DNA from: Candidatus Poribacteria bacterium
Lineage (GTDB): Bacteria > Poribacteria > WGA-4E > WGA-3G
Assembly (NCBI GenBank): GCA_965198235.1
Contig: OZ240248.1
Span: forward strand, 3,680,001 to 3,744,000
Direction: 5' to 3'
DNA length: 64,000 nucleotides
In this document: piece after piece, positions 49,430 through 58,678 of the stretch
Layout of the letters: the number at the start of each line of letters is the position of its first letter
Position numbering within the stretch: position 1 is the first letter of the stretch
Translations under genes and position numbers: made by a program
Notes under the pieces: generated by a model
Databases searched by the model: none
What the model was told of the DNA's origin: nothing
What the model saw: only the letters and a program-made list of their open reading frames with translations

Positions 49430-50392
49430 TCACCGGAGTCGCTGAAAAAAGTGATCCAGAAACGCCTCGGCAGCCACTTTGACGCAGACGTGTGCGTTCG
49501 GATTGGAATGTTGGCGTTCGGGTCGCAGATCGGCGACTGTCATGCCGTTTGTTATAGTGCCTTCGGTTTCAACCTGCACGTGAGCGGGAACGCTTTCAAA
49601 ATGCTCTGGGTGTGTAAGCATACCGATCGGGAGTGCGTCGTGGATATGAAATCCCCAGAATCCAACGTGTTGCCGGTAAAATTCCATGCAGGCTTGTGTG
49701 GCATCCTTAAGGAACTGGGAAATTCTGTCGGGTCGTTTGTCGGTTTCAGCGTGCAATCGTTCGCCGGTTAAAACGACTTGATGTGTCGCGTCGAGTGGTG
49801 CGATGTCGATAGGGATATGGGCGTGGAAGACTTCTTGAGCCGCGTGTGGGTCGACGAAAATATTGAATTCTGCAGTTGTTGTAACGTTCCCGTAGTCCTC
49901 AAACGCGCCACCCATCACAAGAATCTTCTGCAGTTGTTGCATCTTCGCTGCATCTTTGCGTATTGCCTTGGCGATGTTTGTCAGCGGACCGAGGGCTATG
50001 AGCGTGAGTTCATCTGGATAGCGTGTTACCATCTCAAGAATGAGATCGACCCCTGAGATAGATAAGGTGCTTGTGTTTGCGGGCGGATATAGCGGACTAC
50101 CATCGGCATTTCGCAGTTGACTAACATTTCCTAAGCCGTCATCACCGTGGACATGGGCGGCTGTCACGAGGGGTTTGACAAGCGGTTGCGCTTCTCCTTG
50201 GGCGATGAGTGGGAATTCATCCGGTTCAAGAACTCCAAGAATTGTTAACAGATTTTTTGTTCCCTGTGTGACAGGGACGTTTCCACAGACGGTTGTTATT
50301 GCCTCTATGTGTAATTCGGGTGAAAGCATTGCGAGAAGAATCGCGAGGGCATCGTCTACACCCGGATCCGTGTCTATAAGGATTCGTTGCAT
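49430..50392 (-). CDS. Inosine-uridine preferring nucleoside hydrolase
   Basis: DTDPGVDDA, HG.DGLG, GPLTN.A, AEFNIF.DP.AA, HD. Confidence 0.95.
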   Translation of the reverse strand: MQRILIDTDPGVDDALAILLAMLSPELHIEAITTVCGNVPVTQGTKNLLTILGVLEPDEFPLIAQGEAQPLVKPLVTAAHVHGDDGLGNVSQLRNADGSPLYPPANTSTLSISGVDLILEMVTRYPDELTLIALGPLTNIAKAIRKDAAKMQQLQKILVMGGAFEDYGNVTTTAEFNIFVDPHAAQEVFHAHIPIDIAPLDATHQVVLTGERLHAETDKRPDRISQFLKDATQACMEFYRQHVGFWGFHIHDALPIGMLTHPEHFESVPAHVQVETEGTITNGMTVADLRPERQHSNPNAHVCVKVAAEAFLDHFFQRLR

Positions 50393-51289
50393 GTTAGTCT
50401 TCCTATTTTGGTATATTTCCAGAAGGTGAGTTTTGCCATTTTCTTTAGTGATTTTACTACCATAGAGCGATTTTGTCCATTGTATTTTCCGTCGAATAAT
50501 TCCAGTCAGAATAAGAACAACCGGCTTGTCGGTGTTTGTTTCATATTATGTCTTGCGTTCTGTCCTCCACTTGTAGCACAGGTGAATATCTTTACGGATG
50601 AAACCGTGCGGCAGATGCGCTTGGAATCGGGTTTGTATAACAGTATCACACTGGATTTAACCTATCGTTCTGGCAATACAGATCTCCTTACGACTCGGAC
50701 TCGGTTTCGCTCAGATTATCTCACGAAGGCATATCACGGCTTCGTTTTCGGGAGTCTTCAGCAGGGTAGAAAGAGTGGCGAGTTTTTTACCAACAAAGGC
50801 ATGGCACATGCGCGAATTATCCGAAGTTTGACGCAGCATATCCTTTTTGAATCCTTTGTTCAGAAGCAATTCAACGAATCTATTCTGTTGGGCGACCGAA
50901 ATTTGGTAGGGGGTGGCGTTCGGTTCGCCTCACATCCGCGCAATGCTAAGTTTAATCTCTATCTCGGTATCGGTGCGATGTGGGAACACGAACGCATTAA
51001 TGACAAGGAGAGTGGCGCAATCACAACCCGTGTCGTTCGATCAACAAATTATATCAATTGGACTGGGCAACTGGATGAACGCGTCACGACGAGTGCTACA
51101 GGATACTATCAGGTCTATGTCCGGCGTTTTCAAGATTATCGAATCCTTTTTGAAGGGAGCATGACATTCCGCCTGACGACAAAATTGTCCTTTCCGCTGC
51201 GAGTGAATTTCCGATATGATAGTGAACCACCTACCGGTATCCGAAAACATGATGTGGAAATTTTTAACGGATTACGGTATACTTTCTAA
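50387..51289 (+). CDS. DUF481-like outer-membrane beta-barrel protein (true start probably further downstream)
   Basis: AQVN after a hydrophobic signal, SGNTD, alternating beta pattern, YDSEPP, C-terminal YTF. Confidence 0.75.
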   Translation: MHVSLPILVYFQKVSFAIFFSDFTTIERFCPLYFPSNNSSQNKNNRLVGVCFILCLAFCPPLVAQVNIFTDETVRQMRLESGLYNSITLDLTYRSGNTDLLTTRTRFRSDYLTKAYHGFVFGSLQQGRKSGEFFTNKGMAHARIIRSLTQHILFESFVQKQFNESILLGDRNLVGGGVRFASHPRNAKFNLYLGIGAMWEHERINDKESGAITTRVVRSTNYINWTGQLDERVTTSATGYYQVYVRRFQDYRILFEGSMTFRLTTKLSFPLRVNFRYDSEPPTGIRKHDVEIFNGLRYTF

Positions 51290-51311
51290 AAAATCGAATA
51301 GGAGTGATCGA

Positions 51312-52289
51312 ATGAAAAAGGTGGGAACCAGCATTTGGCAGGCGGCGATAAAAATCTGTATTGGTATATGTTTTATCGCGCTGTCGAATATTACATGGGC
51401 AGATGGGCATCTCCAAATCATAGAAAAGGAGAAGAAGCTTGTCTTAAAGGGTAAAATCTCTGAAGCCCTCGGTGAATACGATGCACATTTGAAGGGAGCT
51501 GTTGAATACCTCGTTTGCGGACGCAACGGCAAGGAATATGAGAGCATTATTGTCGTCGAGGCAACGGCCAAGGAAATTTACGACGCACTTGAAAAACTCG
51601 GTGTTGCGGTAGGTACGCCTCCCGGCTATGACGAAGAAAAAGATGAACCGACACCACCAAAGGGAACCGCGTTTAATATTTATGTTGAATGGAAAGTTGG
51701 CGATTCTTCTGATAAAGGGAAAAAAGTTCGTGCCGAAGAGCTAATTTCCAATGTAAAAACCCAGAAGCCGATGTCGCATGTTACTTGGATCTATTCCGGT
51801 TCACGGATAGTAGCAGACTTGGATAGCGATGATGAAGACGCGATGATCCCGCAGGCGTTTATGAGTAATGACATTGTTGCTTTGAAGCGGTTTGATGCCA
51901 GCGCGCTCTTCCAGAATCCGCTTCCCGAATCGGAAGAGGAGAACATCTATAAAAAGAACGATGCCTTGCTGCCAAAACTCGGGACCCCTGTTATGCTCAC
52001 GATTGAGGTTAACCGGAAAATGCAACTGTATGTGCTAATCACCGGCAGGGTGCAAGGCGTAGGATTCCGCAATTTCACACAACGCAACGCACGACAGCTC
52101 GGCGTTAACGGCTATGCCAAAAACCTATCAAACGGCAAAGTCGAGGTCGTCGCAGAGGGTGATAAGACACAGCTGGATGCGTTGGTCGTCTTGTTAAGGG
52201 AGGGACCGCGCTATGCGAAGGTTGATTCGCTTGAGATTGACGAACGTCCTTTCACTGGGGAATATGAGACTTTCGGCGTTCGGTATTGA
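51312..52289 (+). CDS. YdjY-like domain fused to acylphosphatase
   Basis: EYLVC....KEYES........IYDAL..LG..PG domain, then ITGRVQGVGFR...GYAKNL.NG.VEVVAEG (acylphosphatase signature). Confidence 0.8.
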   Translation: MKKVGTSIWQAAIKICIGICFIALSNITWADGHLQIIEKEKKLVLKGKISEALGEYDAHLKGAVEYLVCGRNGKEYESIIVVEATAKEIYDALEKLGVAVGTPPGYDEEKDEPTPPKGTAFNIYVEWKVGDSSDKGKKVRAEELISNVKTQKPMSHVTWIYSGSRIVADLDSDDEDAMIPQAFMSNDIVALKRFDASALFQNPLPESEEENIYKKNDALLPKLGTPVMLTIEVNRKMQLYVLITGRVQGVGFRNFTQRNARQLGVNGYAKNLSNGKVEVVAEGDKTQLDALVVLLREGPRYAKVDSLEIDERPFTGEYETFGVRY

Positions 52290-52292
52290 ATC

Positions 52293-52928
52293 ATGACGCA
52301 TACGACACCCTGTAGCACACCGCTTGCAAGTGCATATCAAAAAAACATATCGGGAATTCTTCTCGCAGCAGGGCTCTCCACTCGGATGGGAGAACCGAAG
52401 CAACTACTCCGTTTTGGGGAGAGCACTATTGTTGAGACCGTGGTGGACAGTATGCTTGGTGCCACGTTTGATGAGGTTATCGTCGTTGTCGGACATTGCG
52501 CAGCGCAGATTCAAGAACAACTGGCGGAGCGTCCTGTCAAAATCGTTTTTAACCCTGACTATCACGATGGTATGCTGACCTCGGCGCAGGCTGGTATACG
52601 GGCACTGAATGTAAGTGATGCGTTCGCGCTCATGCTGGTCGACCAACCTTTTATCACCTCTGCGTTAATCGATCAGGTTATTGATGCCTATATAGGAACG
52701 GACAAACGGATTGCCTTACCGAGTTATAATTATAAACGGGGTCATCCAGTTGTCTTCCATCGGCGGTATGCTGACGATATTCTTGCCTTGGGAGCGGAGA
52801 GCGGCGGCGTGCGGACGCTCTTCAAAAGGTATGGCGACGATATTCATTATGTTACAGTCGATACAGACCGGGTGCTACGGGATATAGATTATCGTGAAGA
52901 TTATGAACGCGCCCTGCAGGAAAATTGA
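52293..52928 (+). CDS. MocA-like nucleotidyltransferase (molybdenum cofactor cytidylyltransferase family)
   Basis: LLAAG.S.RMG.PKQLL, NPDY..GM..S, L.DQP, GHPV.F, DID..EDY. Confidence 0.9.
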   Translation: MTHTTPCSTPLASAYQKNISGILLAAGLSTRMGEPKQLLRFGESTIVETVVDSMLGATFDEVIVVVGHCAAQIQEQLAERPVKIVFNPDYHDGMLTSAQAGIRALNVSDAFALMLVDQPFITSALIDQVIDAYIGTDKRIALPSYNYKRGHPVVFHRRYADDILALGAESGGVRTLFKRYGDDIHYVTVDTDRVLRDIDYREDYERALQEN

Positions 52929-52967
52929 AAGGTTGTCATGTAAACGCATGAGGGAGGGATAAAAAAC

Positions 52968-53639
52968 ATGAAAGAATCTCACAAAGACACGCCAAAAATT
53001 CCTGAGTCCATACCTACCACGATGACGTTAGCGGAATTTCTTGAGAACGACGTTCCGGGATATGAATACAGTGAAGGCAAATTAGTCCTGAAGTCACCGC
53101 CAACAGCTCCTAAGTCCATACCTACCACGATGACATTAGCGGAATTTCTTGAGAGCGATATTCCGGGATATGAATACGCGAAAGGAGAATTAATACCGAT
53201 GTCCCCAGCGACGAGAAGACATGGTAAAACTAGTATCAGCGTCATTCGATATTTGGATCGGTATGTCTACGAAAATGGGCTGGGGGAATTGTATACCGCG
53301 GAGACGATATTCCAGGTTGGAGAACGTGTGATGAAGCCGGACGTTGCGTTCGTTTCAACCGCCCACCTGGATGTCGATGAAGACAAAGGGTTGCCGATAC
53401 CGCCCGACCTGGCGATTGAAGTGATCTCTCCAACAGATGTTCACTACCGTATTGTCCGCAAGGCGTTCGACTATCTGGATGCAGGGACCCGCCTCGTCTG
53501 GGTACTGGACCCTGTCGCCAAAGCGGTGACGGTGTATCGTTCTAAAAGCGACATTGAGATACTTACGCACGAAGCCACGTTGACAGGTGAGGATGTCGTG
53601 CCGGGGTTTGCGTGTCCCGTGGGACAACTGTTTGAATGA
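52968..53639 (+). CDS. Uma2 family endonuclease with duplicated N-terminal segment
   Basis: MT..EFL, YE...GEL..M.P, PDVAFV, PPDLAIEVISP, Y..AG.RLVWVLDP. Confidence 0.92.
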   Translation: MKESHKDTPKIPESIPTTMTLAEFLENDVPGYEYSEGKLVLKSPPTAPKSIPTTMTLAEFLESDIPGYEYAKGELIPMSPATRRHGKTSISVIRYLDRYVYENGLGELYTAETIFQVGERVMKPDVAFVSTAHLDVDEDKGLPIPPDLAIEVISPTDVHYRIVRKAFDYLDAGTRLVWVLDPVAKAVTVYRSKSDIEILTHEATLTGEDVVPGFACPVGQLFE

Positions 53640-53816
53640 CGTGTTAAAGGGGGGACGGGTGCTGTGGCGGTGGCCCGCATAATAATATTGACAATTCAAA
53701 GTGTGAGCAGGGAGTACGACGGCTTTCTAACCTTACAGGTTCCTAATGGGTTGGAACGGATCGGAAACCTGCCCGAAACGAAGTGGAGGGCAGCGCGAAA
53801 GCCGATCATTTAAAAA

Positions 53817-54689
53817 ATGTTCACATCCATCGAAAATATTCAAGCTACATGTGCAAAACATGCGTATATCGCAGATAAAGGTCTGGCGACAACCCTCTAT
53901 CTCGCGCATCATCTCAAGAAACCCATTTTTCTTGAAGGCGAACCCGGTGTCGGCAAAACTGAAGTCGCTAAGGTACTTGCGGATTCAACAGGCGCGAAAC
54001 TCATCCGGTTGCAGTGTTATGAAGGCTTGGATGCAAACAGCGCATTGTACGAATGGAACTACACGCGACAAATTTTGCAACTTCGCATTGATGAAGCGCG
54101 CGGGCGAGAGAAAGAAAACATCGGTACGGATCTGTTTAGCGAAGCGTTTCTGTTGAAACGTCCTTTGCTGGAGGCTATCCAGAGCGATGGTGATGTGCCG
54201 CCTGTCTTACTCATCGATGAGGTAGACCGGAGCGACAGTGAATTTGAGGCGTTTCTACTCGAGATCTTGTCTGATTTCCAGATTACCATCCCGGAAATCG
54301 GTACGATTCAAGCAAAACATATTCCCTATGTTGTGCTAACCTCAAACCGGACGCGGGAGGTCCATGAGGCACTCAAACGCCGTTGCCTCTATCAGTGGAT
54401 CGATTATCCCACTGTGGAGAAGGAGTTGGCAATTATTCAGGCGAAGCTGCCGCAGATTGATGAACACCTCGCGCAACAGTTATGTGGGATGATGCAACTC
54501 TGGCGGCAAGGGGATTACTATAAGAAACCGGGTGTTGCGGAAACCTTAGATTGGGCATTGGCACTCGTGGCACTTGGTAAAGCGCAACTGGATGCAGATG
54601 TCGTTGCTGAGACACTTGGTTGTGTCTTCAAATATCAGGACGATATCCAACGCGCACGCACAGTAGAATTATCTGAATTGGGATTATAA
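53817..54689 (+). CDS. MoxR family AAA+ ATPase (CoxD-like)
   Basis: LEGEPGVGKTE, RLQCYEGLD...ALYEWNY, LLIDEVDR, TSNRTRE..EALKRRC, KKPGVAETLDW. Confidence 0.95.
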   Translation: MFTSIENIQATCAKHAYIADKGLATTLYLAHHLKKPIFLEGEPGVGKTEVAKVLADSTGAKLIRLQCYEGLDANSALYEWNYTRQILQLRIDEARGREKENIGTDLFSEAFLLKRPLLEAIQSDGDVPPVLLIDEVDRSDSEFEAFLLEILSDFQITIPEIGTIQAKHIPYVVLTSNRTREVHEALKRRCLYQWIDYPTVEKELAIIQAKLPQIDEHLAQQLCGMMQLWRQGDYYKKPGVAETLDWALALVALGKAQLDADVVAETLGCVFKYQDDIQRARTVELSELGL

Positions 54690-54703
54690 TTGAGGAGGAA
54701 AGG

Positions 54704-55028
54704 ATGTCATCTCAAGAGTGTTTAGTACTTATTGCATATTTTAATTTTCTTATCGTACCCAAAACTAAACACGAAAACCGAGTTCCTGCTAAGATAGATA
54801 TCGGACTCAAGCCCCATAGGGTTGAAAAGGTTGGACGCTCTACGACACACCCACGCTTGAAATTGAAGGACTTACTGGCTCAAGAATCAGGTAGACGGTG
54901 TTATCCGAGTGGATCAGGTTAAGAGCCTTGATTGGCGTGCAAGAGAGGTTAAATATTTATGTTATTTACCCGATGAAATAGTGGAGGCAGTCTCCGACAA
55001 AATAGAAGCAATAATATGGGGCGAGTAA
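54704..55028 (+). pseudogene. Collapsed mazEF toxin-antitoxin remnant
   Basis: HPRLKLKDLLAQ (MazE-like), then from 54885 in another frame NQVDGVIRVDQVKSLDWRAREVKY...KIEAII* (MazF C-terminal signature). Confidence 0.7.
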
Positions 55029-55057
55029 TTAGTTTCCATGGATAACTTCAATCAGAC

Positions 55058-56797
55058 TTGTGGAAAAAACTTATGAATCAAAATAAAAGAGACCAGCGTG
55101 TTAAAACAGAGATTTTTAGAGGGATTGGTTATCTTCTCTTGGTAGGTGCGGCGTTTTGTACGATGATACCGATGCTATGGCTATTGACCTCCTCTTTTAA
55201 AACCGCCAACGAAATTTTCGCTGTCCCTATTCAGTGGTTTCCTAATCTGCCCCCGCGCGTCGCATCATCGCCTTATATTGTCGAAGATGCCTATCCTAAG
55301 ATTAAAAAACCGATGGCGGTGGATGAAGCGGAGTGGAAAACCCTGCAACCCCAACTCACACAAATAGTTTGGTCTGAGACACAGGCACACATCGCAGCGA
55401 ATGCGAAGCTTTCCAATTATGTCTCGTCCGAAGGATTGCAAACCGAAATAATAGAGGGTTTATGGCAACAACTGGTCGCAGGGTTGCCAGACGAAGTCTG
55501 GAACGGCACAACGGATTCGGTTACTGCGGCGGTGCGAAAGGCTATTATTCCTGAAGCGGTTGATACGATCTGGGGGTCAGTGTATCGCGAAGTTGCGATT
55601 GGGACACTCCAGATAGAGGACCTTGACTTCAATCGCACACCGATTGAAGTTGTGAACTGGGAAGCAGAGACAGGCACGCGTATACGCACGTCAGACGATC
55701 TCCAGACGGCTGCAAGTCTATCCTACAATTTTCAAGGCAGTAACACCGTTCGTATGACGGCGGCTATTTCCTCCCCTATTTCGATTGAGCGGATTCGGCG
55801 TATTACCCTTCCTGTGCGTGGAGATGCCTCGTATCACCGTCTCTCTTTAACTGTGTTTGTGCCGAAGTCTGGAATGGATGCTGGCAGCACGAACAATGGC
55901 AGTACATATCAACCGATACGTTCTTTCGTTTTAGGGAGCGCGTTGTGGACAGATTCGGTCTGGCGACTGCACGGCATCCCTGGTGAGTTGGAGTCGTCAC
56001 ACATCACGATGCAGAAAGTAGAAACGAACCTCGCATCCCAAGCTACAGTGGAAGCAGGAAATGGAAGTCAATTGTTCCTGCAATTAACGATTCATCAACC
56101 GGCTTACCTGTCAATTGTGTGGGATAAGTTCACATCAAACTATCGGAATCTGTGGAAGACGGTGCCGTATAATCGGTATTTTGTCAACAGTATTTTCATT
56201 GCGACCGCGTCGACGCTTCTCACGCTGTTTTTCTGCTCACTCGGAGGCTATGCGTTTGCGAAGTATCAATTCCGCGGTCAGAAAATTCTGTTCGGTATCC
56301 TCCTCGCTTCTATGATGGTGCCTTTTCAGGTGTTGCTTGTTCCGTTGTTTGGGTTGATGTATGATATCGGCTGGCTCAATAGTTACAAGGCGATTATCAT
56401 CCCGTTTTCGGTCGGCGCGTTCGGGGTATTTCTAATGCGTCAATTCATTGTCACGATTCCGTCTGACCTACTGGATGCGGCGCGTATTGATGGCTGTTCC
56501 GAGTTCGGCATCTATTACCGGGTTGTGCTACCGATTATCAAGCCCGCCCTCGGTGCGTTGACGATCTATTCGTTCTTGGGTTCATGGAACGGTTACCTCT
56601 GGCCCCTCATCATTTTACGGGATGAGGTGAAATACACGCTACCGATCGGCTTAGCGAATCTCGTGGGTATCTATCGTCAAGATTACGGAATGTTGATGGC
56701 GGGAACACTGCTATCACTTATGCCGATTGTTATTTTGTTTTTAGCGATGCAACGTGAATTTGTGCAGGGGATTACTTTAGGAGGGGTCAAGGAGTAA
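55058..56797 (+). CDS. Carbohydrate ABC transporter permease (MalG-like) with a large extracytoplasmic insertion
   Basis: P.LW.L..SFK...EIF; C-terminal YF.NS, GYAFAK..F.G, LLDAARIDG.SE EAA loop, QREFVQGI..G.VK. Confidence 0.9.
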   Translation: MWKKLMNQNKRDQRVKTEIFRGIGYLLLVGAAFCTMIPMLWLLTSSFKTANEIFAVPIQWFPNLPPRVASSPYIVEDAYPKIKKPMAVDEAEWKTLQPQLTQIVWSETQAHIAANAKLSNYVSSEGLQTEIIEGLWQQLVAGLPDEVWNGTTDSVTAAVRKAIIPEAVDTIWGSVYREVAIGTLQIEDLDFNRTPIEVVNWEAETGTRIRTSDDLQTAASLSYNFQGSNTVRMTAAISSPISIERIRRITLPVRGDASYHRLSLTVFVPKSGMDAGSTNNGSTYQPIRSFVLGSALWTDSVWRLHGIPGELESSHITMQKVETNLASQATVEAGNGSQLFLQLTIHQPAYLSIVWDKFTSNYRNLWKTVPYNRYFVNSIFIATASTLLTLFFCSLGGYAFAKYQFRGQKILFGILLASMMVPFQVLLVPLFGLMYDIGWLNSYKAIIIPFSVGAFGVFLMRQFIVTIPSDLLDAARIDGCSEFGIYYRVVLPIIKPALGALTIYSFLGSWNGYLWPLIILRDEVKYTLPIGLANLVGIYRQDYGMLMAGTLLSLMPIVILFLAMQREFVQGITLGGVKE

Positions 56798-56801
56798 GGA
56801 A

Positions 56802-57113
56802 ATGTCAGATTACACAACAGTCACGAAAACGTCAGCCATCCGAGAGGGACGTGGAAAAGCATTTACCGTCAACGGAAGGCGAGTCGCCATTTTCAATGAG
56901 GGTGGCGAATTCTGTGCTGTGGACAATACTTGTCCGCATGCTATGGGGTCCCTCGGTAGGGGTAGAATCCGAAACGGTGTTGCTGTGTGTCCGGTTCACG
57001 GCTACGCATACAATACAAAAACGGGTGAGTGCCAGACCGACCCGCGCCTCCGCATCAGAACGTATCCAGTAATTGTCGAAGATGAGGAGATCAAGGTGGA
57101 GGTGAAACAGTGA
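56802..57113 (+). CDS. Rieske [2Fe-2S] ferredoxin (NirD/dioxygenase type)
   Basis: CPH...SL..G......CPVHG. Confidence 0.92.
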   Translation: MSDYTTVTKTSAIREGRGKAFTVNGRRVAIFNEGGEFCAVDNTCPHAMGSLGRGRIRNGVAVCPVHGYAYNTKTGECQTDPRLRIRTYPVIVEDEEIKVEVKQ

Positions 57114-57268
57114 AGCAAATCCGTGTACGTCGCACCCTTTTCGCTCCAGGTCTTTGACGGATTTGCTTGCCAAAAAGCCTTTTTGGAAGTAACACTTTGG
57201 AAAAACTTGTTGCGGCGGAAATAGAACGTAGAACGGATTAATGTGTCACATCTTTGTTGGAGACGACC

Positions 57269-58678
57269 CTAAAAGTCTGTACTGACACCTACCATGAACG
57301 AAGTTTTGTGGATCGGTTCAAATTGGGAGATTCCCTCTGCTGTTTCAACGCGGCGGAATGTGTATTCACGAGTAACAATCGTTACAACCGGCGGAAAAAC
57401 TTCGTAGCGGACCTCCATACTGAATGCTGATTTTTCATCTAAATCGAACAGATCTCCGAAGAAGTTCGTCTCCCCATCCTCGCCAATATCACGTTTTGTA
57501 TAGAATGCCCGTAGCGAAAGACGTGGCACTAACCCCGACTCTGTCACCGCCATGTAGAGTTTAGGTTCAGTGTTCGTATAATCCTCGAATGTCCCCATGA
57601 AATGAATTTGTGGCATCGGATGCCAGATAAGTTGTGAGAAAAAACCGCGTCTCGGTTCAGTGTTTGTCGCCAATCCCAAAAATTGGGGCATGTCTGGTTC
57701 CGGGGATAACGATTTCGCGGATTCATAGGTATAATCAAACACGGAAGGGATATAGCCATCTCCAAACGTGCGATACTCTACTTTGAAAAGGGTTTGGGTG
57801 AAAGAGAATCCAACACCAACGGCGTTGCCCCATGCGAGATTAGTTGTTACGCTGTTTTCTTCTGTAAGCGCAATTTCTGCCTGTGTGTTTTCTTCAGATA
57901 ATGTATTAAGAAAAGCGATGTCGTCATAGAGATCCAGTCGAAACGTGCTTGTCTCAATAATTGGGAATCCCACATCAAATCCGACGGCACTCAACGGGTC
58001 TTCTCCCTCTTCTTGTAAATTCGGGTTGATGTCTGTGAGATAGGTTGCCCCGAGTTCAAACCGCGTCAGAAAGTTATTGTTTTCAGGGCGTTGAAACGGA
58101 CGCAGGAAAGCACGGCCTCCGAAGATTGTGGGATTACCAATGTCGTTCATCATCGTTTCAACGCCGAAACGGTTTTCTGAATTTCTGAGGTTCAGGCGTA
58201 TCCCGCGTCGGTCGTAGTTAGAATAACCGGACATGATTGAACCGTGTCCAATCGTTAGGTAATCCAATTCTCCGATGCGAAAATGGAAGGGATCGTAGGG
58301 CTGACCGTAGCGAATGTAACGAATCAGCCTTAGCCAAGTGCTTGGATCGTCCCATGCTTCGCCGTCCTCGGCGAGTATTTGGGGTTCGGTGCCTTCTGCA
58401 TACGGATTATAGAGCAGAATTAAGTCTAACCCAATGCCTACTTTTCCAAGGGGTATATCCGGCTGAAGTTGAAGTCGAACGTATGCATCGCCGTTAATGA
58501 AGGTTAGACCTCCTCCGTACAATCCGGTTGTCAGGAAGTCAGGTTGTTCCAGTGTGGTTAGGGCACTGTCTTCTTCGGCGAGGGTGGAAGTCGGTAGAAT
58601 GAAGAGAAGAATTATAGTTCCGATTATTGGTGCAAAGATACCTCTTCCGCAATATGCGATGCCGTTATTTCTGTTCAT
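57269..58678 (-). CDS. Hypothetical exported protein, probable outer-membrane beta-barrel
   Basis: Signal peptide, amphipathic beta strands, C-terminal Phe (VGVSTDF); ATGA overlap with the ABC ATPase. Confidence 0.65.
   Translation of the reverse strand: MNRNNGIAYCGRGIFAPIIGTIILLFILPTSTLAEEDSALTTLEQPDFLTTGLYGGGLTFINGDAYVRLQLQPDIPLGKVGIGLDLILLYNPYAEGTEPQILAEDGEAWDDPSTWLRLIRYIRYGQPYDPFHFRIGELDYLTIGHGSIMSGYSNYDRRGIRLNLRNSENRFGVETMMNDIGNPTIFGGRAFLRPFQRPENNNFLTRFELGATYLTDINPNLQEEGEDPLSAVGFDVGFPIIETSTFRLDLYDDIAFLNTLSEENTQAEIALTEENSVTTNLAWGNAVGVGFSFTQTLFKVEYRTFGDGYIPSVFDYTYESAKSLSPEPDMPQFLGLATNTEPRRGFFSQLIWHPMPQIHFMGTFEDYTNTEPKLYMAVTESGLVPRLSLRAFYTKRDIGEDGETNFFGDLFDLDEKSAFSMEVRYEVFPPVVTIVTREYTFRRVETAEGISQFEPIHKTSFMVGVSTDF

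Noticed and set aside
53001-53200. Diversity-generating retroelement TR/VR pair
   Set aside because: The copies are adjacent and in frame, mismatches are not adenine-specific, and there is no reverse transcriptase in the window.
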